Source of the DNA: Candidatus Obscuribacteraceae bacterium
GTDB taxonomy: Bacteria; Cyanobacteriota; Vampirovibrionia; Obscuribacterales; Obscuribacteraceae
Assembly (NCBI GenBank): GCA_044226015.1
Contig: JBGAHS010000002.1
Coordinates: forward strand, 1,203,435-1,267,434
DNA: 64,000 nt
Direction of reading: 5' to 3'
The translations under genes and the position numbers were made by a program. The notes below the pieces were generated by a model. It saw only the letters and a program-made list of their open reading frames with translations, searched no databases and had not been told where the DNA came from. How positions within the stretch are numbered: the first letter of the stretch is position 1; every line of letters begins with the position of its first letter. Positions 36,650 through 46,900 of this stretch are shown one piece after another.

Positions 36650-37394
36650 ACTACTGGTTGTAGATGATTTATCAGCCCTGAGGCAACATATAGTTCGACT
36701 GGTAAAGGAAAAGGTCGTTCCAAATGACTTGGAGGTCATGGAGGCACCTAACGGTGCCGAGGGGCTGAAACTTTTCAGAACCTTCAAACCTGACATGATA
36801 GTTATGGATATTGTCATGCCTGAAATGACCGGTATTAAAGCGGCTCAACAAATCTGGGGAGAAAGTCCCAGAACAAAGATTCTCTTCTGGTCGCAGTTCC
36901 ACAAAGAAGCATACATTCGCGAGCTAGGCAAAATAGTTCCAGATGAAGCAATTCATGGATACGCACTGAAAAGCGAAAGCGATGAGAAGTTGCTCTATGC
37001 TCTGACATCAATAATGCTTCACGACAATCCTTACATCGACCCGATCGTTCGCGGTGTACAAACAAGATTGCAGAGCAAAGATGGCTCACTCTCTGATGTG
37101 GAATACGAAACCTTACTAGACATTGCATTGGGACTTACCGACAAAGCGATTGCGTATCGCAGACACATCAGTGTTCGCGGTGTACAAAACCGACTTGCCA
37201 TGCTTTCAGCAAAACTCTTCAAGGGAGAAGATGTATTCTTGAAAGAAAGCGCCGGAATGGAAGTCTACAACCCACGCACACGCTTGGTTCTTGAAGGGCT
37301 GAAACGCGGACTGATTGATATCGATCAAATTCCACAGCTTGAAGAAGAGCTTAATGAGTGGATCGAAGAAGAATTCGATTACGAGAAAACATAG
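36642..37394 (+). CDS. NarL/LuxR-type response regulator
   Basis: LLVVDD, MDIVMPEMTG; LSDVE..L..IALGLTDKAIA HTH; overlaps the kinase gene. Confidence 0.85.
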   Translation: MTKLLVVDDLSALRQHIVRLVKEKVVPNDLEVMEAPNGAEGLKLFRTFKPDMIVMDIVMPEMTGIKAAQQIWGESPRTKILFWSQFHKEAYIRELGKIVPDEAIHGYALKSESDEKLLYALTSIMLHDNPYIDPIVRGVQTRLQSKDGSLSDVEYETLLDIALGLTDKAIAYRRHISVRGVQNRLAMLSAKLFKGEDVFLKESAGMEVYNPRTRLVLEGLKRGLIDIDQIPQLEEELNEWIEEEFDYEKT

Positions 37395-37609
37395 TTTCCA
37401 ATTGACCTGTTGGAATGCGAGTTACTAGGCTGTAAGTAAGTAGCTTCACTACTTGTCCGCCATAAGTCCGCTTCTTACTAGTTCGTTATTTAGCCCAAAT
37501 GCAGGCAGTTTTGCTTGCAGATTAGTCTTGAGTTTCAGCGTCACTCCCCGCGCTGCTGGCTCTGCTTTTCTGGCGTTCCTTAACTTCTCCTTCGCGGAGG
37601 CGCGCTCCA

Positions 37610-37819
37610 ATGCACAAAATTGTTCTCAAATCGTTCCTTGAAGAAGATGATGCTCAGGGCATCACAGAGTATGGAGCTATTTTAGCTTTTACATGCTTAC
37701 TCATCATCGTTGTTTTTAGTTTCGCGCATGGCACCTTAGGGTTTGCTATGAGCACTTCTATGTCTACAGTTATTGGGCAGTTTGATCGTTTGAATAACGC
37801 CGCATTCAATGCCACCTGA
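37610..37819 (+). CDS. Flp/Fap family type IVb pilin
   Basis: FLEEDDAQG|ITEYG + hydrophobic helix (Flp G-x-x-E-Y motif). Confidence 0.75.
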   Translation: MHKIVLKSFLEEDDAQGITEYGAILAFTCLLIIVVFSFAHGTLGFAMSTSMSTVIGQFDRLNNAAFNAT

Positions 37820-37905
37820 CAGAATTTTCTTGTACTCTCTCTTCACTTAATGAGGGCAAAGCTCATCGCTTTGCCCTCACTCTTTGTTTGCAAATTTTCC
37901 GAAAA

Positions 37906-40023
37906 TTAGTGCTTGCCCTGCGTTCCTTCCCAGGCGAAACTGTACTTATCTCCAGCCTCTTCGATGATTTTAGATGTCGGCTTACCTGCACCATGACCGG
38001 TGCGTGTTTCCACTCTTATCAAAACAGGAGGCGCATTGCTTGCCTGAGCTGCCTGAAGTGTAGATGCGAATTTGAAGCTATGCCCGGGGAATACACGATC
38101 ATCATGATCCCCAGTTATTATCAAAGTTGCGGGATAGCGGGTTCCTGCATGAACATTATGCAAAGGCGAGTACTTCATCAAATAATTCAACTCGCTTTTC
38201 TCGTCTGAAGAGCCATACTCTCCCATCCAGGCATGCCCAATCGTGAACTTATGGTAGCGAAGCATGTCGAGGACGCCTACCTCTGGAATAGCAACAGAAA
38301 AGAGATCAGGACGCTGCGTTAACACAGCACCAATCAAAAGCCCACCGTTGCTTCCACCATTTACGGCAAGCATGTCCTTAACAGTGTAGTGATTGTCCAG
38401 CAGCCACTCTGAAGCCGAAATAAAATCATCAAAAACATTTTGCTTTTTGTCTTTCATTCCTGCTCTGTGCCACTCTTCACCATATTCGCCACCACCGCGA
38501 ATAGATGGCTGTGCATAAATACCGCCTTTCTCCAGCCAGGCCACAATGCTTGGGCTAAACCGTGGCAGCATGGGAATGTTAAAGCCCCCGTAAGCATACA
38601 AGAAGGTCGGCAGAGGTTTTTTCTGCAATCCCAATCCCTTTTTTGCAACGATGAACATCGGAATTTTGCTGCCATCTTTGCTGGAATAGAAGATCTGCTT
38701 CGTCTCGTAGTCATCAGGATTAAAGGCCACTGTGGGACGAGCAAGTAATTCCTGTTTCTTGGATGCGAAGTCGTATTTGTAAATTGAAGGTGGTTCAGTG
38801 AAACTCACAAAAGAGAAGAAAGCTTCCTTGTCTTCCTTTCTGCCAGTAACCACATTTACAGCACCAATTCCAGGTGTCGCGATTTGCCCTGAGCGCTTAC
38901 CATCGCGATCATATAACCACAATTCGGTGTGAGCATCTTTCAAATAACTCGCTACCAATTTGCCATCAACAGCGACTGTGCTGCGCAAAATCTCATTTTG
39001 CTGCGGCACAAGTTCCTTCCAATCTTTAGGGCTCGGGCTGGCAGTATCAATGGAAATCAAACGTCCACGTGGCGCTTTGTCAGTCGTTTGAAAAATGAAA
39101 TTTGCGCCCTCATTATCAACGAATTCGTACTGGTAACCCCAGCTGTCTATCAGGTGAACAAAGGGACTCTCAGGCTTTGTCAGGTCTTTGTAATAAACCA
39201 GATTTTCCGGGTTGGTATTTCTAGATATGCTTACAACGAGATATTTTCCGTCATCACTTAACTCCGGAGAAAACTCCCACTCCTTCTCCTGCGCATTTTC
39301 GAGGATCATCTTGTCCTCTGACTGCGAACTTCCTATCTTGTGATAATAGACCTTGTTGTAATAATTTTGGTCCTTCAATTCATTCTTCGGTTCTGGATAA
39401 CGGCTGTAATAGATGCCGCTTCCATCAGAATTAAATTCGCAGCTTGTGAACTTAATCCATTTCAGTTCATCTCCGAGATCTTTTCCCGAATCAACATCTC
39501 GAACCTTCCAGGAAGTCCAATCTGAGCCAGCTTTAGAAACGCCATAGCAGAGCAACTTTCCGTTGTCGCTTATCGAATAGCCAGCCATTGAAGTGGTGCC
39601 ATCAGCGGAAAGTCCGTTAGGATCCAAAAGCACTCGTGCGTCTTTGGCATAGGGAGTCTTCGAAACATAGAGCACAGGCTGATTTTGCAAACCGCTCAAC
39701 TTCGTGAAAAAGAATAAGTCTCCTCGTTTGATCGGAGCGGCATATTTGTCATAGTTCCACAATTCGCCAAGTCGCTTTTTGAATTCTTTGTTAGAAGGCA
39801 AAGACCCTAAATAGTCGAAGGTCAGCTTATTTTCGTCGTCGATCCACTTCCTGGTTTCTTCTGATTCGTTATTCTCAAGCCAGCGGTAAGGATCTGCAAC
39901 CTTGACTCCATGATATTCATCTTGAGTTGAGTCTTTTTTTGTCTCCGGATATTTGAAGTTAAATCCTGCCTGTGCTGCCAATAAAACCAGAAGCACAGAG
40001 CAACAAAGTCCAATGTTTACCAT
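37906..40023 (-). CDS. Prolyl oligopeptidase (S9A), exported
   Basis: DPYRWLE, YGGF, RGGGEYG, GGSNGG, DHDDRV, GHGAG. Confidence 0.95.
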   Translation of the reverse strand: MVNIGLCCSVLLVLLAAQAGFNFKYPETKKDSTQDEYHGVKVADPYRWLENNESEETRKWIDDENKLTFDYLGSLPSNKEFKKRLGELWNYDKYAAPIKRGDLFFFTKLSGLQNQPVLYVSKTPYAKDARVLLDPNGLSADGTTSMAGYSISDNGKLLCYGVSKAGSDWTSWKVRDVDSGKDLGDELKWIKFTSCEFNSDGSGIYYSRYPEPKNELKDQNYYNKVYYHKIGSSQSEDKMILENAQEKEWEFSPELSDDGKYLVVSISRNTNPENLVYYKDLTKPESPFVHLIDSWGYQYEFVDNEGANFIFQTTDKAPRGRLISIDTASPSPKDWKELVPQQNEILRSTVAVDGKLVASYLKDAHTELWLYDRDGKRSGQIATPGIGAVNVVTGRKEDKEAFFSFVSFTEPPSIYKYDFASKKQELLARPTVAFNPDDYETKQIFYSSKDGSKIPMFIVAKKGLGLQKKPLPTFLYAYGGFNIPMLPRFSPSIVAWLEKGGIYAQPSIRGGGEYGEEWHRAGMKDKKQNVFDDFISASEWLLDNHYTVKDMLAVNGGSNGGLLIGAVLTQRPDLFSVAIPEVGVLDMLRYHKFTIGHAWMGEYGSSDEKSELNYLMKYSPLHNVHAGTRYPATLIITGDHDDRVFPGHSFKFASTLQAAQASNAPPVLIRVETRTGHGAGKPTSKIIEEAGDKYSFAWEGTQGKH

Positions 40024-40122
40024 AACACTGCCCCGCTAACCTTTTACGAGTCCACATTATAGCGCTGTGTCAGAATGCAAATGAAAGTGCTAGCGAATTC
40101 ATAAGTTTTGGGACACCTTGTC

Positions 40123-41535
40123 TCAAGGGTCGGCGGAACCAGCCTCTGTTGCAGCAACCAAGGCTGGCTCCGTTTCTGAAAACTGCGGCGTTTCCTCATT
40201 GGTACAGATTGCATCTTTGCAATATCGCAACTCAATCGGACGCAAAACAAAATATAGACTCAAGCAAATAATCCAACCCGGCAAAGCCGGAACCCCACAC
40301 CAGGAATTGGATAAACCGGGAAGCAATCCCGACACCAAACTCGCGATGATACTCCCGGTGGTGAGTGCTGCAACAGCTGCCCATCTAATGGCAGGAAGTT
40401 TTTCATACGGCACAAGAACATTCAAGTTCTCTGCAGAGCCCCAAACCCGCTTTATCAGGAAGGCCTCAGTCATCATGATCACAGTTGCACTTGGAAGAAT
40501 TATTGACGATAAAGCAGCGACCACTTCAAAATTTTTGCTGTAGCCCAAAAGCATAACAGAAGCGCTTGCAGCAGCAATCGCAAGGGCTCCAACAAGCACC
40601 TTTCGGGGAATCTTCTTCAAGTTCTCTACTGCATTAATCGTGGCATACAGTCCTGCATCGTTCACAGCTACATAATTTATAGTCAGAACTGCTGCAGAAA
40701 TTATCGCCAGTCCACCAAAAACATAATCGTTCATCAGGCGGGTGGCGCCAGCTATGCCGTGAACACCAGTCAGCTTCGCCATCATCCATCCTGTAATCGG
40801 AAAAATCACCATACCGATCAACAGAGCGACACTCAGTGGAAGAATCGCAAAGGTCCATTTTGGTTTACCAAAACGCCAGTAGTCTGGCTCATTTCCCCAG
40901 CACGAAATGCCCACAACAAATGAGGACACCATTGTTAAACAATCGATGGACTTGAGATTAGAAGCCTCGTTCCAGACAGTGACCGGACAGGTGGAGGCTG
41001 ATTTGACGAATGCTACTCCGACCCAAAATAGCAAGACCGGAGCCGCTAAGTATTTGGCAAAATTAGCTACTCCGTTGAAGCCGAAAAAGTTATTCACAGC
41101 CATCAAAAGCGCCATAATTGCTACAAATACGGCCTGGGGGATTCCAAAATCGAAAAGTCCTCTTATGCCATCTGCCAGAAATATTGCATTCAGTGCATAC
41201 CAACCGAGCGAAATCCAGATGACGTTTAGCGTGATCAACCGAGCGCCCCAGCGACCGAACACAGCACGGCTCAGCATTGTGTACGAGAGCCCGAACTTAG
41301 CACCCATATAACTGGCTGGAATGCCGTAGAGCAAGACAATCAGACAGCTGAACGCAACAGAAAATACAAGCTGTTTCAAGCTCATACCAGCATGAAACCA
41401 GCGAAATCCTGCTAAGACATTTGGGAAGCAAGTCACCATCGTTATCCACAACAAGCCCATGGTAAAGGCACCGCGGCGCTCTGAAAGAGGCACGGAGGAC
41501 AAAAGGTGATCTTCTGTGGTGTCGTCAGTATCCAT
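40123..41535 (-). CDS. NCS1/CodB-like cytosine/purine permease
   Basis: About 12 TM; VPLSERR, LSRAVFGRWG, EPDYWRF. Confidence 0.8.
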   Translation of the reverse strand: MDTDDTTEDHLLSSVPLSERRGAFTMGLLWITMVTCFPNVLAGFRWFHAGMSLKQLVFSVAFSCLIVLLYGIPASYMGAKFGLSYTMLSRAVFGRWGARLITLNVIWISLGWYALNAIFLADGIRGLFDFGIPQAVFVAIMALLMAVNNFFGFNGVANFAKYLAAPVLLFWVGVAFVKSASTCPVTVWNEASNLKSIDCLTMVSSFVVGISCWGNEPDYWRFGKPKWTFAILPLSVALLIGMVIFPITGWMMAKLTGVHGIAGATRLMNDYVFGGLAIISAAVLTINYVAVNDAGLYATINAVENLKKIPRKVLVGALAIAAASASVMLLGYSKNFEVVAALSSIILPSATVIMMTEAFLIKRVWGSAENLNVLVPYEKLPAIRWAAVAALTTGSIIASLVSGLLPGLSNSWCGVPALPGWIICLSLYFVLRPIELRYCKDAICTNEETPQFSETEPALVAATEAGSADP

Positions 41536-41989
41536 AGTCGCTTTTCGGTGGACGAGAAAGCTTAGCATGCAGTCTGGATAAACTCCTTGGGGAAACCCGC
41601 AGGATAGGTTTCAAGGTAACAAATTGGAACAGCAAACTCGCTCAATATTCCGTTGACGCAAGTGAATTATGTTGGACTAGCGCAGGGATGCATAGAAACG
41701 CGGCTCGCTTAAATGCTGCTAAGCCAAAGATTTATAAAAACCGAATTCGCCGCGCACTGAGGCTTCGCCTCGCGCTAGCCCTGCTCGCAGCTCTGGGAGA
41801 AGCCCCATGCGCAGATTGAGCGTACACCCTGCAGCAGCGAATACTCGAACTATCCCCACATTTCCGTTTCTCAAGTGAGAACAACCCAGAGCTAGCCAGT
41901 CACATCAGCAAAAAGCAAGAGCATTGAAGCCATTAACAGCTTCTGGGCGGGGAGTGTTTCTGAACAAACCTTTTTCTCGAGGGACAAGC

Positions 41990-43114
41990 ATGAAGTCTTT
42001 CTACACACAGCAATTTCTCACAACGCTGCTCATCGCGAGCTGCTGGTTCGGCGGCATCGCAGCTCTCAGTCGCACCGACATGACTCCGCACTCACACGTG
42101 GCTCTGCGGACTGAAGAAAAGTCGCCAGACCACCAGTCAAAGACTGTTACTGAGCCTCGCGACCCGGACAAAACGGGCGAAACCTCGCGCGTCCACCATC
42201 GCGATGGATTCGACAACGAGCGCAAAACTGAGATCACCTTCGCCGATAAGACGCAGGCTCTCATCGAGTACAGTGTCTTCGGCAAACCTGCCAAAGTCAC
42301 TGAGACCTACAAAGACGGCAGCAGCCAGCTGTTCTTCTTCGACCCCATCAAGGGTCAGTTGCAGCGCATCGAATCGGTGCGTCCTGATGGCACGCTCGCC
42401 ATTCGCTCGCAACCGGTCAAGAACACTCTTCAGCGGCAGTTCTTCAGCACCGATGGCAAGACGCTGCGCTGCAAACTGAGCATGGAAGAGGGCAAGACCA
42501 GCGCTGAAATCTTCAGAGCCGACGGCACACTGGAGGCTCGCTATGAGGAAATCAGCACCGGTGAAGATTCAGCAGCAGAACACAAAGTCAGCCTGAAAGT
42601 CTTCGACAAATCAGGCAAGAAACTGCTGCGAGAAGAGACGCTCGAAAACAAGACTGATGAATTGTCGATGGCTGAGTACGAACACGAGGGCTACTCTCCG
42701 CAGTCGCTCGTTGTTAAAACCTTCTGGGACAACGGCAAGATTCGCTCTGAGCAAGAGTGGGATACTTACGGTGGTGCCAATGCAACGCTCAAACAAGCCA
42801 TCGACTACAACGAAGATGGCAAGAAAACACGCTGCACCAGCACCTGTTACGAGAAGATCGCTGAAGAGTACGCCAATTTCCGTGTCGAAAATTACGGCGC
42901 GTATTCGCAGGTCGAGAGCACCATCTTCGTCAACAGCAGCCACAAAGTGCTGAAGCAGTCCACCATGGAAAACGGCGCTCTCAAAGAGAGCACGCCGACA
43001 AACAAAGTGCTAGAGCAAAGCCCGGCGACTCCGCCGAGCCTGTTCAGCTACCCGCAAGAATTCTTCCGGGCTTCGCTCGAAGGAAACCACTTGCGACAGA
43101 TTTTCTCTGAGTAA
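41990..43114 (+). CDS. Membrane-anchored beta-repeat (MORN/YwqK-like) protein A
   Basis: N-terminal TM; repeated xxDGxL turns (RPDGTL, STDGKTL, RADGTL, WDNGKI). Confidence 0.7.
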   Translation: MKSFYTQQFLTTLLIASCWFGGIAALSRTDMTPHSHVALRTEEKSPDHQSKTVTEPRDPDKTGETSRVHHRDGFDNERKTEITFADKTQALIEYSVFGKPAKVTETYKDGSSQLFFFDPIKGQLQRIESVRPDGTLAIRSQPVKNTLQRQFFSTDGKTLRCKLSMEEGKTSAEIFRADGTLEARYEEISTGEDSAAEHKVSLKVFDKSGKKLLREETLENKTDELSMAEYEHEGYSPQSLVVKTFWDNGKIRSEQEWDTYGGANATLKQAIDYNEDGKKTRCTSTCYEKIAEEYANFRVENYGAYSQVESTIFVNSSHKVLKQSTMENGALKESTPTNKVLEQSPATPPSLFSYPQEFFRASLEGNHLRQIFSE

Positions 43115-43204
43115 TTCGCCGCAAGCGCAAGGAGGCGCGACTACCCCCCGCCTGAATGTTCAGGCGGGGGTGCCCGAAACTAGAACTCAACTGGGAGTCT
43201 ACCC

Positions 43205-43957
43205 TTGTTACGTCTATTTCTCGTACTGAGCGTCTCCATCCTCTTCGGTTTACTGAGCGGCTTGTGCTGCCGCACCGATAAGAATCGCCTCTTCCTCTTC
43301 GCCGGACTCGGCGGACTGGCTGGAGTTATTGCAGCAGCAATGCTGCAAATGTTCTACCCGGTGCTCTTCGACCACTTCTTCTCCTGCGACAGCTGGTTTG
43401 AATGGGTCAAGTACGCTGGCACCGGCTACTCGCTGATGCTGCTTCCACGAAGTCTCATCCTTCTGCCCATTGGCTTCGCTGGCGGCTTTGCTTTGAGCAA
43501 GCTTGTTCGTCCAAGTCAACCACTGAGCAGTGGCTGGCCAGTTGCAGCTTTTGCAACTTGCTTTCTGCTCATCTGGGGCTTCGAAGCGGAGCATCTGCCT
43601 GGCGAAGTGCAAACCCGTGTTTGTGTCTACCGATTTACCGACGAAAACCTGACGGAAGAGCAATCGGATGAGTGGAACAAGTTCCTTGACTGGAACTGGA
43701 GTCCCCATTTCCACTACGAAGTCTATTCTCGAGACACGATGCCACGCGCACTGCAGTTGCTGCTGAACGCCCGAGACATCTTCACAAACCAACATGAGCA
43801 GCCACATCTCGGTGGCTCTACTTTTGTGTTTGTGAAGGAGTACTGGGTCAAAGGACAACGCAAAAGTGTCATCACAACGACCAAGACCGGCTTCAAAGAT
43901 GCGTTTGAACTCGGAGAGTTCTACCGCAACTTTGCTCGCAGTCGCTGCACACCGTGA
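43205..43957 (+). CDS. Multi-pass membrane hypothetical protein
   Basis: About 4 TM plus soluble C-terminus; RBS ggga before TTG. Confidence 0.65.
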   Translation: MLRLFLVLSVSILFGLLSGLCCRTDKNRLFLFAGLGGLAGVIAAAMLQMFYPVLFDHFFSCDSWFEWVKYAGTGYSLMLLPRSLILLPIGFAGGFALSKLVRPSQPLSSGWPVAAFATCFLLIWGFEAEHLPGEVQTRVCVYRFTDENLTEEQSDEWNKFLDWNWSPHFHYEVYSRDTMPRALQLLLNARDIFTNQHEQPHLGGSTFVFVKEYWVKGQRKSVITTTKTGFKDAFELGEFYRNFARSRCTP

Positions 43958-44006
43958 CTCGGTCGCGCCTCCAGATAGGTACAAGGAAGTACCTGTCTAG
44001 GGGTGC

Positions 44007-44040
44007 GTTGAATTGGGCTAACACCCCAATTCAACATTTT
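44007..44040 (+). terminator. Terminator between convergent genes
   Basis: gttgaattggg...cccaattcaac followed by atttt. Confidence 0.6.
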
Positions 44041-44142
44041 GCCAGAATCTACTACACCCCATCGTATTAAATCAAAAAAGATCTAAAAGGAAGCAAGCAG
44101 CAAAGCTTGCCGCATACTTCCTTTTGACCTAGCTCAAAAAAC

Positions 44143-44418
44143 TCAGGCTTCGCGAGCACAAGCAATAACCCCACCTATCAATGCAAAGCAGAACAATGCA
44201 GGAATGCTAGCAAACCCGCTAAACAGCACAGCGCAAGTGATGACAGCAGCAACTCCAGCCACAAACAGCAATGCGAAAAACGCAAAGTAGCTAATGCTAT
44301 CTACTGGACCTGACATGGATAAGCGAATCATCAATCGAAGAACCACAAAGCCGGCCAGACCAGCCAGAAAGACAGACAGAAGTGCCTGAGCAAGAGCGAA
44401 ATCACTAAAGACATTCAT
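44143..44418 (-). CDS. Small 3-TM protein (paralog of 44514-44801)
   Basis: Shared G..(V/I)LR...F..L.(V/A)A...IPAL.C...IG...C pattern. Confidence 0.7.
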   Translation of the reverse strand: MNVFSDFALAQALLSVFLAGLAGFVVLRLMIRLSMSGPVDSISYFAFFALLFVAGVAAVITCAVLFSGFASIPALFCFALIGGVIACAREA

Positions 44419-44459
44419 TTACCAAACAGCCTATTTAAGAGATAGATGGGAAGCAAAGA

Positions 44460-44486
44460 AGCAGCCGGGCGACTTGCCCGGCTGCT
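44460..44486 (-). terminator. Hairpin agcagccgggc-N5-gcccggctgct, copy 1
   Basis: 11-bp stem identical to 44825-44851; T-rich tail on the minus strand. Confidence 0.6.
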
Positions 44487-44513
44487 CGAGAAGAAATTCA
44501 GGAGCAGGTTCGC

Positions 44514-44801
44514 TCAGGCTCTTGAGCCACAGCCGAACGCCGCACCAATAAATCCCAAGCAAATCAGCGCAGGAATTCCAGCATGCCCGATGAAGAGCAT
44601 GACGATGGTGGCAACTGCAGCGATTGCCGCGAACACGAGGAACACGAAAAAACCAACTGCATTTCCCATTCGCTCATCAGCAGATTGCGCTGGATACAGC
44701 CCCGTAATGAAACGGAGAATCCAGTACCCCGCGCCCAGCGCGAGGAATGCATAGACAATGGACAGAACGAACGCAAGCGGGTCGTTGAATGAAATGGTCA
44801 T
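44514..44801 (-). CDS. Small 3-TM protein
   Basis: Hydrophobic 95-aa ORF, paralog of 44143-44418. Confidence 0.7.
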   Translation of the reverse strand: MTISFNDPLAFVLSIVYAFLALGAGYWILRFITGLYPAQSADERMGNAVGFFVFLVFAAIAAVATIVMLFIGHAGIPALICLGFIGAAFGCGSRA

Positions 44802-44824
44802 GGCATTGTACTTTCATGAGGAAA

Positions 44825-44851
44825 AGCAGCCGGGCGAGATGCCCGGCTGCT
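44825..44851 (-). terminator. Hairpin agcagccgggc-N5-gcccggctgct, copy 2
   Basis: Same stem, different loop; followed by tttcc on the minus strand. Confidence 0.6.
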
Positions 44852-44882
44852 CAGAGTTGAGAAAGAAACTTGAGGGGAGTCC

Positions 44883-46010
44883 TCACTTTGCATTCACGAA
44901 AAACGACCAGGACTGAGGGTCATTCACTGAATGCTGAAAGGGCTTGCCGTCCAGGTCGTAGACGTAGCCAATCTTGTCATTGCCACCAGGGTAGCTGCGC
45001 AACCCATCAGGCACGAAGCCGCGAGTGCGAGGCTGATACACATGCACCTCGCTCTTTCCTTCCTTGAACTCTTCATGACTGACGGTGCGACTTTCCATGT
45101 CAAACTCGCGACGCATCTCAAGAACACCCGTCTTGGAAAACCGCTCGTGGCGCAGGAGCGCGCCGTTCGAACGAACCCAGACCTTGTGCTCGATAGTTAC
45201 GCCGTCGTCGCCAAAAGCCTCGCTGTAGGCAAGCTGGTAGAACGGACGTTCCCAGTCTTCTCCGACCAGACGCCAGACCTGACGACACTTGAGTTTGTCC
45301 TTTTCGCTGTAGCGAAACTCCAACGAACCATCAGGAAGAGCCTTGCCTGTGTGCTCACAGACGCCTTTTTCGTCGAAGTACTCCCAGCTGACCAGTTGCT
45401 GTCCTTGACGCTGAATGCGCAGACGAATCTGCTTATGTTCAGCATCCCAGAAAACACGATCCTCATTTACGACCGTGTTAGTGCTGGAGGCTTCCTTTCG
45501 ACCGCTGTCCGTGTAATCGACAGTCGTAGCACGACCATCAGCGAAGAGCGTCTGTTCTTGCACAAGTTTCCCTGCACTAAAAAAGCTACGCTTAACGCTG
45601 CCGTCAGCTGCGCTCTCCGCTAATGTTTCGACGCTACCGTCCTTTCTGTAGCGCCACGATTTCTTGATGCGCCGACCGCTGTCGTCGTATTCAGCCCGGT
45701 ACATCGGGCTGCCATCCTCACTCTCGACCCAAACCACGCTGAGCTTGTTGCCTTCGCCGAAGCAGAGGTGCGCAACGCTCTTGTCCGCTCGAAAGCGATG
45801 CACCACCTCTCGGCCTGAGGACGACTGCTGATCCTGTGTACTGAAGTACGGCGTCGCCTCATCCTCGAGCTGTGGCAGCCCCGGCACCTGGGAGAGCTGC
45901 GGTGTGTAGACGAAGGATGGAGGGGTGACGGGCTGGCTTCCGAACCAGAGACCGAGGAGCAGCAGCAGCGTGGCAAAGCATCCAACACCGAGATTCTTGA
46001 AACGATTCAT
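44883..46010 (-). CDS. Membrane-anchored beta-repeat (MORN/YwqK-like) protein B
   Basis: TM; YRAEYD, SWEY..KG..HTG..DG, GEDW.R.(F/Y)Y.L shared with 49905-51065. Confidence 0.75.
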   Translation of the reverse strand: MNRFKNLGVGCFATLLLLLGLWFGSQPVTPPSFVYTPQLSQVPGLPQLEDEATPYFSTQDQQSSSGREVVHRFRADKSVAHLCFGEGNKLSVVWVESEDGSPMYRAEYDDSGRRIKKSWRYRKDGSVETLAESAADGSVKRSFFSAGKLVQEQTLFADGRATTVDYTDSGRKEASSTNTVVNEDRVFWDAEHKQIRLRIQRQGQQLVSWEYFDEKGVCEHTGKALPDGSLEFRYSEKDKLKCRQVWRLVGEDWERPFYQLAYSEAFGDDGVTIEHKVWVRSNGALLRHERFSKTGVLEMRREFDMESRTVSHEEFKEGKSEVHVYQPRTRGFVPDGLRSYPGGNDKIGYVYDLDGKPFQHSVNDPQSWSFFVNAK

Positions 46011-46260
46011 GCTTGTCCTTTCTGAAGACAGTGGTAGAAAAAACAGTCCTGTAGATTGCACCTTGAAGCACATAAAGGAGTTATTGAACTGACTTGGGTG
46101 GCTTTCTTAGCGACTAACTCCAGATGTGCTCAGGTGAAACAGGTGACAGTTCCACGCTAGACCGGCGAAACACCCTCAGGGAAGTAGTTCTAAAAGAATT
46201 TCATGGGAGATTTCCCATGAGTTCAATGACTGATAGATCAGGTTAGCGCAAAGTGTTTAT

Positions 46261-46809
46261 GTGGTAGGAATGTCTTGGAGATTTAGTTTCCGGTCCGATA
46301 TTACAAAGGAGCCTATTTTGACTGAACCTGAGAATTCTCAAAATGATATGAAGAGCGAGCCAGGCGATGCTGCATCCGCTCAAAGAGTTCAGGCTCCAAG
46401 AAGAAGCATAATGGATGTTGCAGGCGAAACCATTCGCTACATCGAGCGTGCCGAGAAAGATAAGACGCTTCACGTAAGGACTAATGACAGAAAATCGGCC
46501 GTGTTTATGGCGATCTCTCTCATTCTAGGTGTCGCCTTTACAGCTTTGTACATGCTGAATGAATCATCACGCCAACTCTGCATTGTAATGGCTCTTATTG
46601 CTGATGCGTTTCTAGGCCTTTCGATACTCTGGTATGTACTGCTTCGCTTCGGCGTGTTGAGAACAGTTGAACCCAGGCATGCTTTGCTTTGCTGGCAATT
46701 GATGCTCGGCGCAGGCGTGCTTTTTGCGTTTTACACTATGAACATTGCCTTTGCTTTTTTCACTGTCTACAGCACCTACCATCCTGCCACTCCGCCAAGT
46801 ACTTTGTAA
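46261..46809 (+). CDS. 3-TM membrane hypothetical protein (start may be TTG 46318)
   Basis: Three hydrophobic segments; RBS aaggag near 46306. Confidence 0.65.
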   Translation: MVGMSWRFSFRSDITKEPILTEPENSQNDMKSEPGDAASAQRVQAPRRSIMDVAGETIRYIERAEKDKTLHVRTNDRKSAVFMAISLILGVAFTALYMLNESSRQLCIVMALIADAFLGLSILWYVLLRFGVLRTVEPRHALLCWQLMLGAGVLFAFYTMNIAFAFFTVYSTYHPATPPSTL

Positions 46810-46900
46810 TCAAAATTGGGCGAAGTTCGTCTTGAACATTCCGCAGCTTATATTTGCTCAGGGGAATAAACAGATCAGTCCCTGAGAAATTTTGGCGTCT

